Below, one piece after another: positions 51,797-59,361 of a DNA stretch of 64,000 nucleotides (position 1 is the first letter of the stretch; every line of letters begins with the position of its first letter). The notes under the pieces were generated by a model. The model had not been told where the DNA came from and searched no databases. It worked only from the letters and a program-made list of their open reading frames with translations. The position numbers and the translations under genes are program-made. The stretch covers positions 2,162 to 66,161 of the forward strand of contig JAUUDM010000028.1 of the NCBI GenBank assembly GCA_030826765.1. Reading direction: 5' to 3'. The stretch comes from Nautiliales bacterium (GTDB lineage: Bacteria; Campylobacterota; Campylobacteria; Campylobacterales; JAADDX01).

Positions 51797-52722
51797 AACC
51801 AAAATTGCTAGTTAAATAACAAATTTTGTTGTTTATAATCAAGTTTTAAGAAACAATCAAAGCTATAACTAAAAATAAATAATTTAAGTTTTGTAAAAAA
51901 ACCTTTTAATGAGATAGCTTTAATAACTTTTCCAAATTTACTAGTTATAACAGAAAAGGCTGTTTCAACACCTTTTCTTATTTTCCTTTTGAGAAAATAT
52001 TCTTTATCTTTTTTCATATTCTTTCTAAAAATTGGTGAAAGTTTTATACCTAAATTTGTTAAAAAATTATCCAATTTATTAGAAACATATCCTTTATCTC
52101 CAATAACAATAGAATTTTTAGGCATATATGGTAAAAAATCATAAGCTGCTGTAACATCATGTGTTGAACCTTTTGATATATAAAAAAATATAGGCTCTTG
52201 ATTTGTAGTTACTATCATATGGACTTTTAAACCATAGAAAAATATTTTTTTTGAAGCATTATAGCCTTTTAATTCTTTATCAACCCATAAATTAGATCTT
52301 TTCTCTCTTGTAATATTACACAATTCTACAGGAAAAGAATCAACTGAATATATTTTTACTCCTTCAAGTTTTTCGAATAACTTTCCAAGCCATAAAAATA
52401 ATTTTTCTATAATTTCTTCTAAGTTATTTAATCGACGAATGAATCTCGAATATTCCAGCATTTTTACTATTTTTAATTCCTTACAATATTGATATCCTTT
52501 AAAATAATTCCCATTAAAATCACTCGCTGCTATATAACCTATTAATAACACTTCACTATTTGATACTTTAGATCTAACATCATCTTTTAGATTTATTGTC
52601 TTTAAATATTCATCAATTAAATAAAAAAATGTTATAATTCTGTGCTCCATAAAAAACCTCCACAGTCTTTTTATGGAGTATTATATCTTCAAAATTAAAA
52701 TTTTCAACTAGCAATTTGGGTT
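51797..52722 (-). mobile_element. IS982-family insertion sequence, apparently intact (926 bp)
   Basis: The terminal inverted repeats AACCAAAATTGCTAGTTAAA (51797-51816) and TTCAACTAGCAATTTGGGTT (52703-52722) match at 18/20 positions. They enclose a single DDE ORF with its own TATAAT and GGAGG. Both flanks carry (T)TATT. Confidence 0.75.
51808..52650 (-). CDS. IS982-family DDE transposase
   Basis: DSFPVELC, GYNASKKIFFYGLKVH and IGDKGYVS blocks match the IS982-family pattern I remember (DSFP..VC / GYNATKK.YFYG.K.H / GDKGY). The ORF is uninterrupted at 280 aa. Confidence 0.8.
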   Translation of the reverse strand: MEHRIITFFYLIDEYLKTINLKDDVRSKVSNSEVLLIGYIAASDFNGNYFKGYQYCKELKIVKMLEYSRFIRRLNNLEEIIEKLFLWLGKLFEKLEGVKIYSVDSFPVELCNITREKRSNLWVDKELKGYNASKKIFFYGLKVHMIVTTNQEPIFFYISKGSTHDVTAAYDFLPYMPKNSIVIGDKGYVSNKLDNFLTNLGIKLSPIFRKNMKKDKEYFLKRKIRKGVETAFSVITSKFGKVIKAISLKGFFTKLKLFIFSYSFDCFLKLDYKQQNLLFN

Positions 52723-53124
52723 TATTAATTTTTTATAACACTTTAAATACATATCTTCATTTGGATTATAAACTTTTGTTTTAACTCCCATTACCCCTAA
52801 AATAGTACTAAATATATTATCATGTGAATAAGCTTTATTTGCTAAATTTTTTGCACATGTTTTATTTATATCATAGTCATCTCCAAACCAAGCAACTGCA
52901 GCTGGATGTTTTTGAACATCTGGTGCTATTACATATGGAAGTCCATGAAGATAAATACCATTTTCTCCTAAACTTTCTCCATGGTCAGCAACATAAAACA
53001 TTCCAACTGAATATTTATTTTGATTTTTTTTCAAAAATTTAATAACTTCATCTAAGAAATGATCTGTATAAAGTATGGTTCCATCATAAGCATTATTAAT
53101 TTCTTCTTTCGTACAATCTTGCAA
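52708..53124 (-). pseudogene. eptA: phosphoethanolamine--lipid A transferase (EptA/MCR family), C-terminal ~135 codons only
   Basis: NAYDGTILYTDHFL...FYVADHGESLGENGIYLHGLPYVIAP...AAVAWF is the conserved C-terminal sulfatase-fold block of EptA/MCR enzymes. The N-terminal ~400 codons are absent, and the final PNC-stop is encoded by the IS982 repeat. Confidence 0.8.
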
Positions 53125-53364
53125 TTGATATTTTCAAGTTATGTTTTTTTCTGTAATCACTTAACCATCCATAAAGTGTCTTTTTATGTATTTCCAAATC
53201 TTTCGCTATTTAACGAACTGAATCTTCACTGTTTAAGGCCAATTGTATTGCTGAATCTTTAAATTCTTGCGTATACTTTTTCCCTTTTGCCATTTCTCTT
53301 CCTTCATTACTTTTTTATTAACACATTCTATCATTTCTGTGTCCTATTTATTGTAGCCGGATCA
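53125..53364 (-). mobile_element. IS3-family left-end remnant with disrupted orfA
   Basis: On the minus strand it begins TGATCCGGCTACAATAAATAGGACAC (an IS3-type TG... IRL). It is followed by MAKGKKYTQEFKDSAIQLALNSEDSVR-TAA-IAKDLEIHKKTLYGWLSDYRKKHNL, a helix-turn-helix OrfA with an in-frame stop at 53210-53212. It breaks off at about 53125-53135, where the eptA-derived frame takes over. Confidence 0.6.
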
Positions 53365-53390
53365 TTTTACACAAAATTTGAAACATTCCC
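53365..53390 (-). repeat. solo IS256-type terminal inverted repeat
   Basis: The minus strand reads GGGAATGTTTCAAATTTTGTGTAAAA. It matches at 24/26 the end of the IS256 remnant at 54640-54665 and ends in the TTGTGTAAAA typical of IS256 IRs. The IS3 end abuts it directly. Confidence 0.55.
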
Positions 53391-53533
53391 ACTCCATCAT
53401 TAAGAATATAAACAATATAAATTGGCAAAATTATAGTTACCATAAGCACTTGCCATATCTGTAAAAAAACTTACAAATCCCATAGCTATTATGTTTTTAT
53501 TGAGCATTAAAACCCTTTAAAATAAAATATAAA
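53391..53533 (-). pseudogene. diverged second copy of the dgkA-3'-end / MFS-transporter-5'-end junction
   Basis: It aligns by eye to 63678-63819 with 8 substitutions and one 1-nt insertion, which frameshifts the MFS reading frame after MLNKNIIAMGFVSFFTDMASA. It includes the TAATG junction and is truncated at the IS256 repeat. Confidence 0.7.
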
Positions 53534-53543
53534 AAATATAAAA

Positions 53544-54176
53544 TTATTCTCTTCTTAAAACTTTCTCATATATAAAGTCTATAAAAGGATTCTCACTAAA
53601 ATTATTTTGAATCTTATCTCTATTTTCTCTTGCCCATTCTATAAAATCTTGTTTATTATCATATTTTGAAAAAAACTCTTTTACTCTTCCAGCTTTGCTC
53701 AAAGCAATAAATCCGTATTTTAATCTAAGCTCTTTTTTAATAACACTTTTAACATCTTTTCCTTTCAAAACACCATATAAAACAGCTACAAATCCAGTTC
53801 TATCAGCTCCTGCTTTGCAATGAAAAAGTATTGGCTTTTTATTCTCATTTAATAAAATATCTTTTAACTTCTTAACTTCTTCAATTTTAGGGAGTATTCT
53901 TGATGAAATTGAAATTTCTATATATTCAACACCCATTTGTTCTGCTATTTCTTTTTCTTTTTTATATAAATAATTATTTTTACCTCTTAAATTTATAATA
54001 GTTTTTATATTGTTTTTCTTTATTATTTTTTTTAATTTCCAAGGTAAAATTTGGGCACTTCTATATATCCCATCATCAACTTTATGAAAATTATTCCAAA
54101 ATAAATTAATACTATTATGTTCTTCTATTAAAATTTTTATAACTTCTTTTATTTTTTTATATTTATTATTAAACAA
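53544..54176 (-). CDS. CX5R (protein-tyrosine/dual-specificity-like) phosphatase family protein
   Basis: It has the active-site loop FHCKAGADRTG (HCxxGxxRT) preceded by NFHKVDDGIYRSAQ...IKTIINLRG. The TTG start has its AAAGGAG RBS straddling the junction with the truncated IS256 copy. Confidence 0.7.
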   Translation of the reverse strand: MFNNKYKKIKEVIKILIEEHNSINLFWNNFHKVDDGIYRSAQILPWKLKKIIKKNNIKTIINLRGKNNYLYKKEKEIAEQMGVEYIEISISSRILPKIEEVKKLKDILLNENKKPILFHCKAGADRTGFVAVLYGVLKGKDVKSVIKKELRLKYGFIALSKAGRVKEFFSKYDNKQDFIEWARENRDKIQNNFSENPFIDFIYEKVLRRE

Positions 54177-54186
54177 AACTCTTATC

Positions 54187-54665
54187 TCCTTTTAATCCAT
54201 CAACAGAGGATATTATAATATCTTCTACTCCTCTATTTTGTAATTTTGTTACAACACTAAGCCAAAATTTAGCTCCTTCATTGTTTTCAAGCCACATACC
54301 AAGAAGTTCTTTTCTACCCTCAAGATTTATTCCTATTGCAAAATGTAATACTCTGTTTTGATAAATCCCACTATCATTTTTTACTTTAAATACCATTGCA
54401 TCCATTATATACTATTTGATAAATTGCTTCTAATTTTCTTCTTTGCAATTCTTCTATTTCTTATTCAAGCATTTTTTCTATCATATTTTTCATAAATTCT
54501 TTTGTTAAATTTGATAATTCTTTCTCATCTTTGCAACTTTTACTTAATTCTTTATAATCTATATTGTTTATTAAATCTTTTACCATATAGCTTCCTTTAT
54601 GTAAAACTTTTCTTACTTTCTATTTTTTTCTATTTCTTATTTTACACAAAGTTTGAAGCATTCCC
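54187..54665 (-). mobile_element. decayed IS256-family element (left IR plus a fragmentary transposase gene)
   Basis: The 26-bp IR is GGGAATGCTTCAAACTTTGTGTAAAA (54640-54665). The tnp start MVKDL...LTKEFMKNMIEKMLE is at 54586, followed by a TAA stop and then a large internal deletion. One extra A shifts the frame before MDAMVFKV...LGMWLENNEGAKFWLSVVTKLQNRGVEDIIISSVDGLKG. The copy is cut off after DGLKG at about 54187. Confidence 0.7.
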
Positions 54666-54740
54666 TATTTTTAATTTCTTGGAAAATTCCTCTAAATTAA
54701 AATAATAAAAATTATTAAAATTTAGTTTTTTCAGGATTGA

Positions 54741-55811
54741 CTATATATTTTCTTCAACTTTTTCAGCTTCCTTTTCAACTTCTAAAACAAATCTATCAAC
54801 TAATTCATTCTCAGGTAATTTTGCAATTACTTCACCCTTTTTCATAATAAGTCCACTACCTTTACCATATGCAATAGCCACATCTGCCTCTTTTGCTTCA
54901 CCAATAGCATTTACAACACATCCCATCACACTTACATTAAGTGGAGTTTTAATATGTTTTGTTCTTTCTTCCACCTCAGCTACAGCTTTTGGTAAATCAA
55001 CTTCAATCCTTCCACATGTCGGACAAGAAATAATATTAAGTCCATCTTTTATAAGTCCCAAATCTTTTAAAATTGCTTTACCTACTTTTATCTCTTCTTC
55101 AAGCTCACCTGTAATAGAAATTCTCATCGTATCGCCTATTCCATCAAGCAATAAACTTCCAAGAGCAATACTACTTTTAATTGTAGCATGAAATTTTGTC
55201 CCTGCTTCTGTAACTCCTAAATGAAAAGGATAATCAACCAAAGGTCTAAGCATTCTATAAGCTTCAACAGTTCTAAAAATATCACTTGCTTTTAAACTAA
55301 CTTTAATATCAGTAAAATCTAAATCTTCTAAAAATTTAATATGAAAAAGTGCAGATTCTACCATCGCTTTTGGAGTTTGTCCATATTTATTTTCAAGATG
55401 CTCTTCCAAACTTCCAGAATTTACTCCGATTCTAATAGGAATATTTCTCTCTTTACAAACATCCACAACTGCTTTTATTCTATCTTTACTTCCAATATTT
55501 CCAGGGTTAATTCTCAAACAATCTACAATCTCACCAGCCATAAGTCCTAATTTATAATTAAAATGAATATCAGCAATCAAAGGTAAGCTTGTTCTCTCTT
55601 TTATAGTTTTTAGTGCTTTTGCATCTTCTTCATCTAAAACAGCCACTCTTACCATATCAGCCCCAGCAAAATGAAGTCTATTTATTTGCTCTACTGTTGA
55701 TTCAATATCTTTTGTTTTTGAAAATGTCATTGATTGTACACTAATAGGAGCATCTCCACCTACTTCAATATTTCCTACTTTTATTTTTTTTGTTGGATAT
55801 CTTTTTATCAT
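54741..55811 (-). CDS. ispG: 4-hydroxy-3-methylbut-2-en-1-yl diphosphate synthase
   Basis: It has [13 protein letters not shown] and SCPTCGR plus the GCVVNAIGE cluster ligands. Confidence 0.95.
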   Translation of the reverse strand: MIKRYPTKKIKVGNIEVGGDAPISVQSMTFSKTKDIESTVEQINRLHFAGADMVRVAVLDEEDAKALKTIKERTSLPLIADIHFNYKLGLMAGEIVDCLRINPGNIGSKDRIKAVVDVCKERNIPIRIGVNSGSLEEHLENKYGQTPKAMVESALFHIKFLEDLDFTDIKVSLKASDIFRTVEAYRMLRPLVDYPFHLGVTEAGTKFHATIKSSIALGSLLLDGIGDTMRISITGELEEEIKVGKAILKDLGLIKDGLNIISCPTCGRIEVDLPKAVAEVEERTKHIKTPLNVSVMGCVVNAIGEAKEADVAIAYGKGSGLIMKKGEVIAKLPENELVDRFVLEVEKEAEKVEENI

Positions 55812-55812
55812 T

Positions 55813-56820
55813 TTAAACCTTTATTGTATCGATTATTTCTAAACCAAATCCTTTTAGTCCATAAAAATTATTTATATCACTTTTTGAAATTAAATGCAAC
55901 TTTTTTATACCTAAATTTTTCAAGATTTGAGCCCCTATTCCAAACTCTTTTTGTTTATCTTCTGCACTACTTGAAATAAATACGATTACTCCTGAATTAT
56001 ATTTAATATATTCTGTAACTTTATTAAATTCATCCAAATATTCTATAAATTCTACACTATTCATTACTGGATAAAATTTCACATTTGTAGTTAACTTTGG
56101 CTCATTTGCCAAAGCATAATGAATATTATTTTGATGATCTTTAAAACTTATTTTTTTAAATTTTATACCTGAAATTTCTACATCTTGTTCATCAATTTTT
56201 TCAACAAGTGATTCAAATTGTAATCTATATTCTACAATATCAGAAATATAAACTGTATGAAGATTATGTTTTTTAGCAAATGCATCCAAATCATCTCTTC
56301 TTGCCATAGTCCCATCATCTTTCATAATCTCGCAAATTACCGCACTTGGTAAAACTCCAGCAAGTTTGCAAATATCTACGCTTCCTTCAGTATGGCCAGT
56401 TCTTACTAATGTTCCACCTTTTTTAGCAATCAAAGGAAAAATATGTCCAGGGCGAACTAAATCAGAAGGTTTCGTAGTAGGAGTTGAGAGAAGTTTTATA
56501 GTTAAATCTCTTTCATAAGCACTAATTCCCGTTTTACACTCTTTTGCATCTACACTAATTGTAAAAGCTGTTTCATAACTTGAAGTGTTAGAATTTACCA
56601 TTGGTTGCAAGTCAAGTTTATTAGCAATATCTTTATCGACTGCTACACAAATAAGCCCTCTTGCTTCTTTTGCTAAAAAATTAACTTTCTCAGGAGTAGA
56701 AAAAACTCCGGCATAAACTAAATCGCCTTCGTTTTCTCTATCTTCATCATCAACCATTATAATAATATTACCTTTTTGTATCTCTTCTATAGCCTTTTTT
56801 ACTCTCTCAATAGCATTCAT
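55813..56820 (-). CDS. ribBA: 3,4-dihydroxy-2-butanone-4-phosphate synthase fused to a Cys-less GTP-cyclohydrolase-II-like domain
   Basis: The N-terminal half has [19 protein letters not shown] and [10 protein letters not shown]. The C-terminal ~130 aa have RibA-like length but contain no cysteine, so the zinc site is absent. Confidence 0.85.
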   Translation of the reverse strand: MNAIERVKKAIEEIQKGNIIIMVDDEDRENEGDLVYAGVFSTPEKVNFLAKEARGLICVAVDKDIANKLDLQPMVNSNTSSYETAFTISVDAKECKTGISAYERDLTIKLLSTPTTKPSDLVRPGHIFPLIAKKGGTLVRTGHTEGSVDICKLAGVLPSAVICEIMKDDGTMARRDDLDAFAKKHNLHTVYISDIVEYRLQFESLVEKIDEQDVEISGIKFKKISFKDHQNNIHYALANEPKLTTNVKFYPVMNSVEFIEYLDEFNKVTEYIKYNSGVIVFISSSAEDKQKEFGIGAQILKNLGIKKLHLISKSDINNFYGLKGFGLEIIDTIKV

Positions 56821-56829
56821 AAAATTCTC

Positions 56830-57723
56830 CTATTTTTTTGAAATTATATCATTTTTATTATCTTTGAAATAAAACTTACTAAGTCCATAAGCAAAAAGAA
56901 GTGCAAACACAATCCTAACCATCAAAACAACTGTAAAATCAGCTCCAAAAATTACAAACAACAGTGTATCTTCTATCACAGCATGACAAATCATTAAAAA
57001 AGTTGCTATAAAAAACAAATCTTGTTTTTTTAGTTGTGAAGATTCGCTAATTAAAATACCTGCCCCATAAGTAATACCCAAAATAAGCCCAACTATTATA
57101 GAAAAACTTTTACTTATATTTTTTTTACTATTTTTTATAAACTCTAAATTTTTTATAAAATTCATAATAAAAATCAAAACAGTAATAAGAATAATTATTT
57201 TAATAGATAATATAACAGCATTTTCAAATGAATTAAATAATAAACTATTTAAAGAATGATATTGTTCTTTATGAAACACTTCATTATTAGAAATAGAACT
57301 GCTAAAAAAAGAATTTGGCAATAACGATGTTACATATCCAGCAATTAATCCAACAAAAAATCTTAAACTATATGAAAATAAATTACTAACTCCTAATTTT
57401 TTCATAATAGCACTTTCTACTATCAAAGAGTGACAAATTCCCAAAAATACAGCTAATACACTCCACTGAACTACACTCATTTTCAAAGGTGCTGCAAACG
57501 CAACTGCTGCATACAAATTCAAAAACATACCGCTTATAATAGATAACGAAGCCTCTGCTGGTAATCCTAAAAATGATGTAAATGGTTTTACTATGAAAGA
57601 AACATAAGATAAAGTATTGTAATAATATAAAATATCAGCAATTATATAAATAGGTATAACTAATTTTATAATAATCCATGAAGATTTTATTGATGAATTT
57701 AGTGAAAATTTAAAAAATTTCAT
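56830..57723 (-). CDS. polytopic membrane protein, nucleoside-recognition (Gate) domain-like
   Basis: It has 8 or more TM helices. The FLGLPAEASLSIISGMF segment resembles Gate-domain proteins. Only 9 nt separate it from ribBA, so the two are likely co-transcribed. Confidence 0.4.
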   Translation of the reverse strand: MKFFKFSLNSSIKSSWIIIKLVIPIYIIADILYYYNTLSYVSFIVKPFTSFLGLPAEASLSIISGMFLNLYAAVAFAAPLKMSVVQWSVLAVFLGICHSLIVESAIMKKLGVSNLFSYSLRFFVGLIAGYVTSLLPNSFFSSSISNNEVFHKEQYHSLNSLLFNSFENAVILSIKIIILITVLIFIMNFIKNLEFIKNSKKNISKSFSIIVGLILGITYGAGILISESSQLKKQDLFFIATFLMICHAVIEDTLLFVIFGADFTVVLMVRIVFALLFAYGLSKFYFKDNKNDIISKK

Positions 57724-57788
57724 AAAAAAACCTTTTTAAAGTATTGTAACAAACTTTTATATTATTTTTATATAAAAACTTAAAAAAA

Positions 57789-57797
57789 TGTTATAAT
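57789..57797 (+). promoter_or_regulatory. extended -10 promoter (TGtTATAAT) for the amino-acid ABC operon
   Basis: TGTTATAAT lies 33 nt upstream of the ATG at 57830, and an AAGGAG RBS is at 57819-57824. Confidence 0.35.
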
Positions 57798-57829
57798 CTA
57801 TTTCGCAAAATAAAACATAAGGAGAAAAC

Positions 57830-58615
57830 ATGAAAAAGTTATTTGCTTTTTTAGTAGTTTTAGGAATGTTTTTAACTTCATCAAATGCTGATGATTTATT
57901 AAAAACAGTTCAAAACAGAGGTGTATTAAAAGCTGGTGTAAAATATGACTTCCCACCATTTGGATTTGTTAATGCAAAAGGACAAGTTGTTGGATTTGAC
58001 ATTGATTTAGTTAAATATATAGCTAAAAAATTAGGTGTTAAACCTGAATTCGTTCAAGTTACTTCAAAAACAAGAATTCCAATGGTTCAAAGTGGAACAG
58101 TTGATATAGCAGCTGCAAGTATGACTCATAAAGTAAAAAGAGATTTACCAATCGATTTTACAATTAGTTATTTCTTTGACGGTCAATCATTATTAGTTCC
58201 TGCTAATAGCAGTGTAAAATCTTATAATGATTTATCAGGAAAAAGAGTTGCAGTAATTCAAGGTGCTACAAGTGGAGACAACCTAAAAAAAGTTAATCCA
58301 AAAGTAAAACTTGTATATCTTCAAGAATATCCACAAGCTGTAATGGCTTTAAGAAGAGGAAAAGTTGCTGCAGTTTCAACTGACTATACTTGGTGTATGG
58401 CTCAAGCTAAAGCTTCTCATGGAAAACTTAAAGTTGTAGGTGGAACATTTACAAATGAACCTTATGGTATGGGTGTAAGAGAAAATCAATCAAATTTCAG
58501 AGATGCAGTTAACTTTGCACTTCAAGATGCTGTAAGAGATGGTACTTACGCAAAACTTTACAAAAAATGGTTTGATGTAGAACCAAACAAACTTCCAGAG
58601 GTTTGGCCAAAATAA
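57830..58615 (+). CDS. amino acid ABC transporter substrate-binding protein (PEB1a-like)
   Basis: It has a signal peptide and family-3 SBP motifs (GVKYDFPPFGF, GFDIDL, DIAAASMT). Confidence 0.85.
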   Translation: MKKLFAFLVVLGMFLTSSNADDLLKTVQNRGVLKAGVKYDFPPFGFVNAKGQVVGFDIDLVKYIAKKLGVKPEFVQVTSKTRIPMVQSGTVDIAAASMTHKVKRDLPIDFTISYFFDGQSLLVPANSSVKSYNDLSGKRVAVIQGATSGDNLKKVNPKVKLVYLQEYPQAVMALRRGKVAAVSTDYTWCMAQAKASHGKLKVVGGTFTNEPYGMGVRENQSNFRDAVNFALQDAVRDGTYAKLYKKWFDVEPNKLPEVWPK

Positions 58616-58647
58616 TCTTTTCCCTTTTTGGGAAATAAAGGAATAAA

Positions 58648-59361
58648 ATGGGATATGAATTTGATTGGAGTGTTCTTTTAGAATATAAAGAATTACTTAT
58701 TACAGGATTGCTTACTACTATTAAACTTTCAGTTATTGGTATATTTCTAAGTTTTATTATAGGATCATTAGTGGGAATTGGAAGAGCTTCAAAAAATTTT
58801 TGGATTTCACTATTTTCTAGTTATTATGTAGAAAGCTTTAGAAATATTCCACTAATTGTTCAAATGTTTTTTATATATTTTACATTTACACTAACAGATA
58901 TTTTTCCTTTTTTAGAGAAATGGGGAGAATTTTTACATATATCTGATACAAATGCTTTCTTTTCAGCTCTCATTGGTCTTGTTTTATATACAAGTGCTTA
59001 TATAGGAGAAGTTGTAAAAGCTGGTATAAATGCTGTACCAAATGGACAAAAGGAAGCTGCTGAATCTCTTGGAATGAATTCTTTTCAAGTAATGTGGCTT
59101 ATTATCTATCCTCAAGCAATTAAAATAATCATTCCACCTATTACAAACCAATTTTTAAATTTAATCAAAAACTCATCATTAGCTATGACTTTAGGAGTTG
59201 CTGAGCTTACATTCGCAACTCAACAAATTGATTCAGAAACATTTAGAGGATTTGAAGCAGCTACTGCAGTAACTATTTTATATATGATATTAACCCTTTT
59301 TACTTCATTCATAATGAATTTAATAGATATGAAGTTTTCAAAAGGAGTAAAAAATGTTTAG
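58648..59361 (+). CDS. amino acid ABC transporter permease
   Basis: It has the HisM/GlnP-type EAA loop (GQKEAAESLGMNSFQVMWLIIYPQA). Confidence 0.85.
   Translation: MGYEFDWSVLLEYKELLITGLLTTIKLSVIGIFLSFIIGSLVGIGRASKNFWISLFSSYYVESFRNIPLIVQMFFIYFTFTLTDIFPFLEKWGEFLHISDTNAFFSALIGLVLYTSAYIGEVVKAGINAVPNGQKEAAESLGMNSFQVMWLIIYPQAIKIIIPPITNQFLNLIKNSSLAMTLGVAELTFATQQIDSETFRGFEAATAVTILYMILTLFTSFIMNLIDMKFSKGVKNV

Noticed and set aside
53365-54665. The idea that the two IS256-type 26-bp repeats (53365-53390 and 54640-54665) delimit a composite transposon carrying the phosphatase gene.
   Set aside because: Both repeats are in the same orientation and both represent the high-coordinate outer end of an element whose body extends to lower coordinates. 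They are therefore not inverted ends of one mobile unit. No matching opposite end is present.
54692-54724. A long AT-only palindrome (CTAAATTAAAATAAT...ATTATTAAAATTTAG) just downstream of ispG, and similar AT palindromes at 5628-5650.
   Set aside because: They are possibly weak terminators, but the stems contain almost no G:C pairs and have internal mismatches. Such palindromes arise frequently by chance in DNA this AT-rich, so they are not reported as features.
57724-57829. An FMN riboswitch for the membrane-protein/ribBA operon, and a TPP riboswitch near thiL.
   Set aside because: The upstream regions are short and AT-rich. They lack the GC-rich conserved cores of the FMN (AGGAUAG...GGGCAG..CCGA) and TPP (CUGAGA...ACCUGA) elements.
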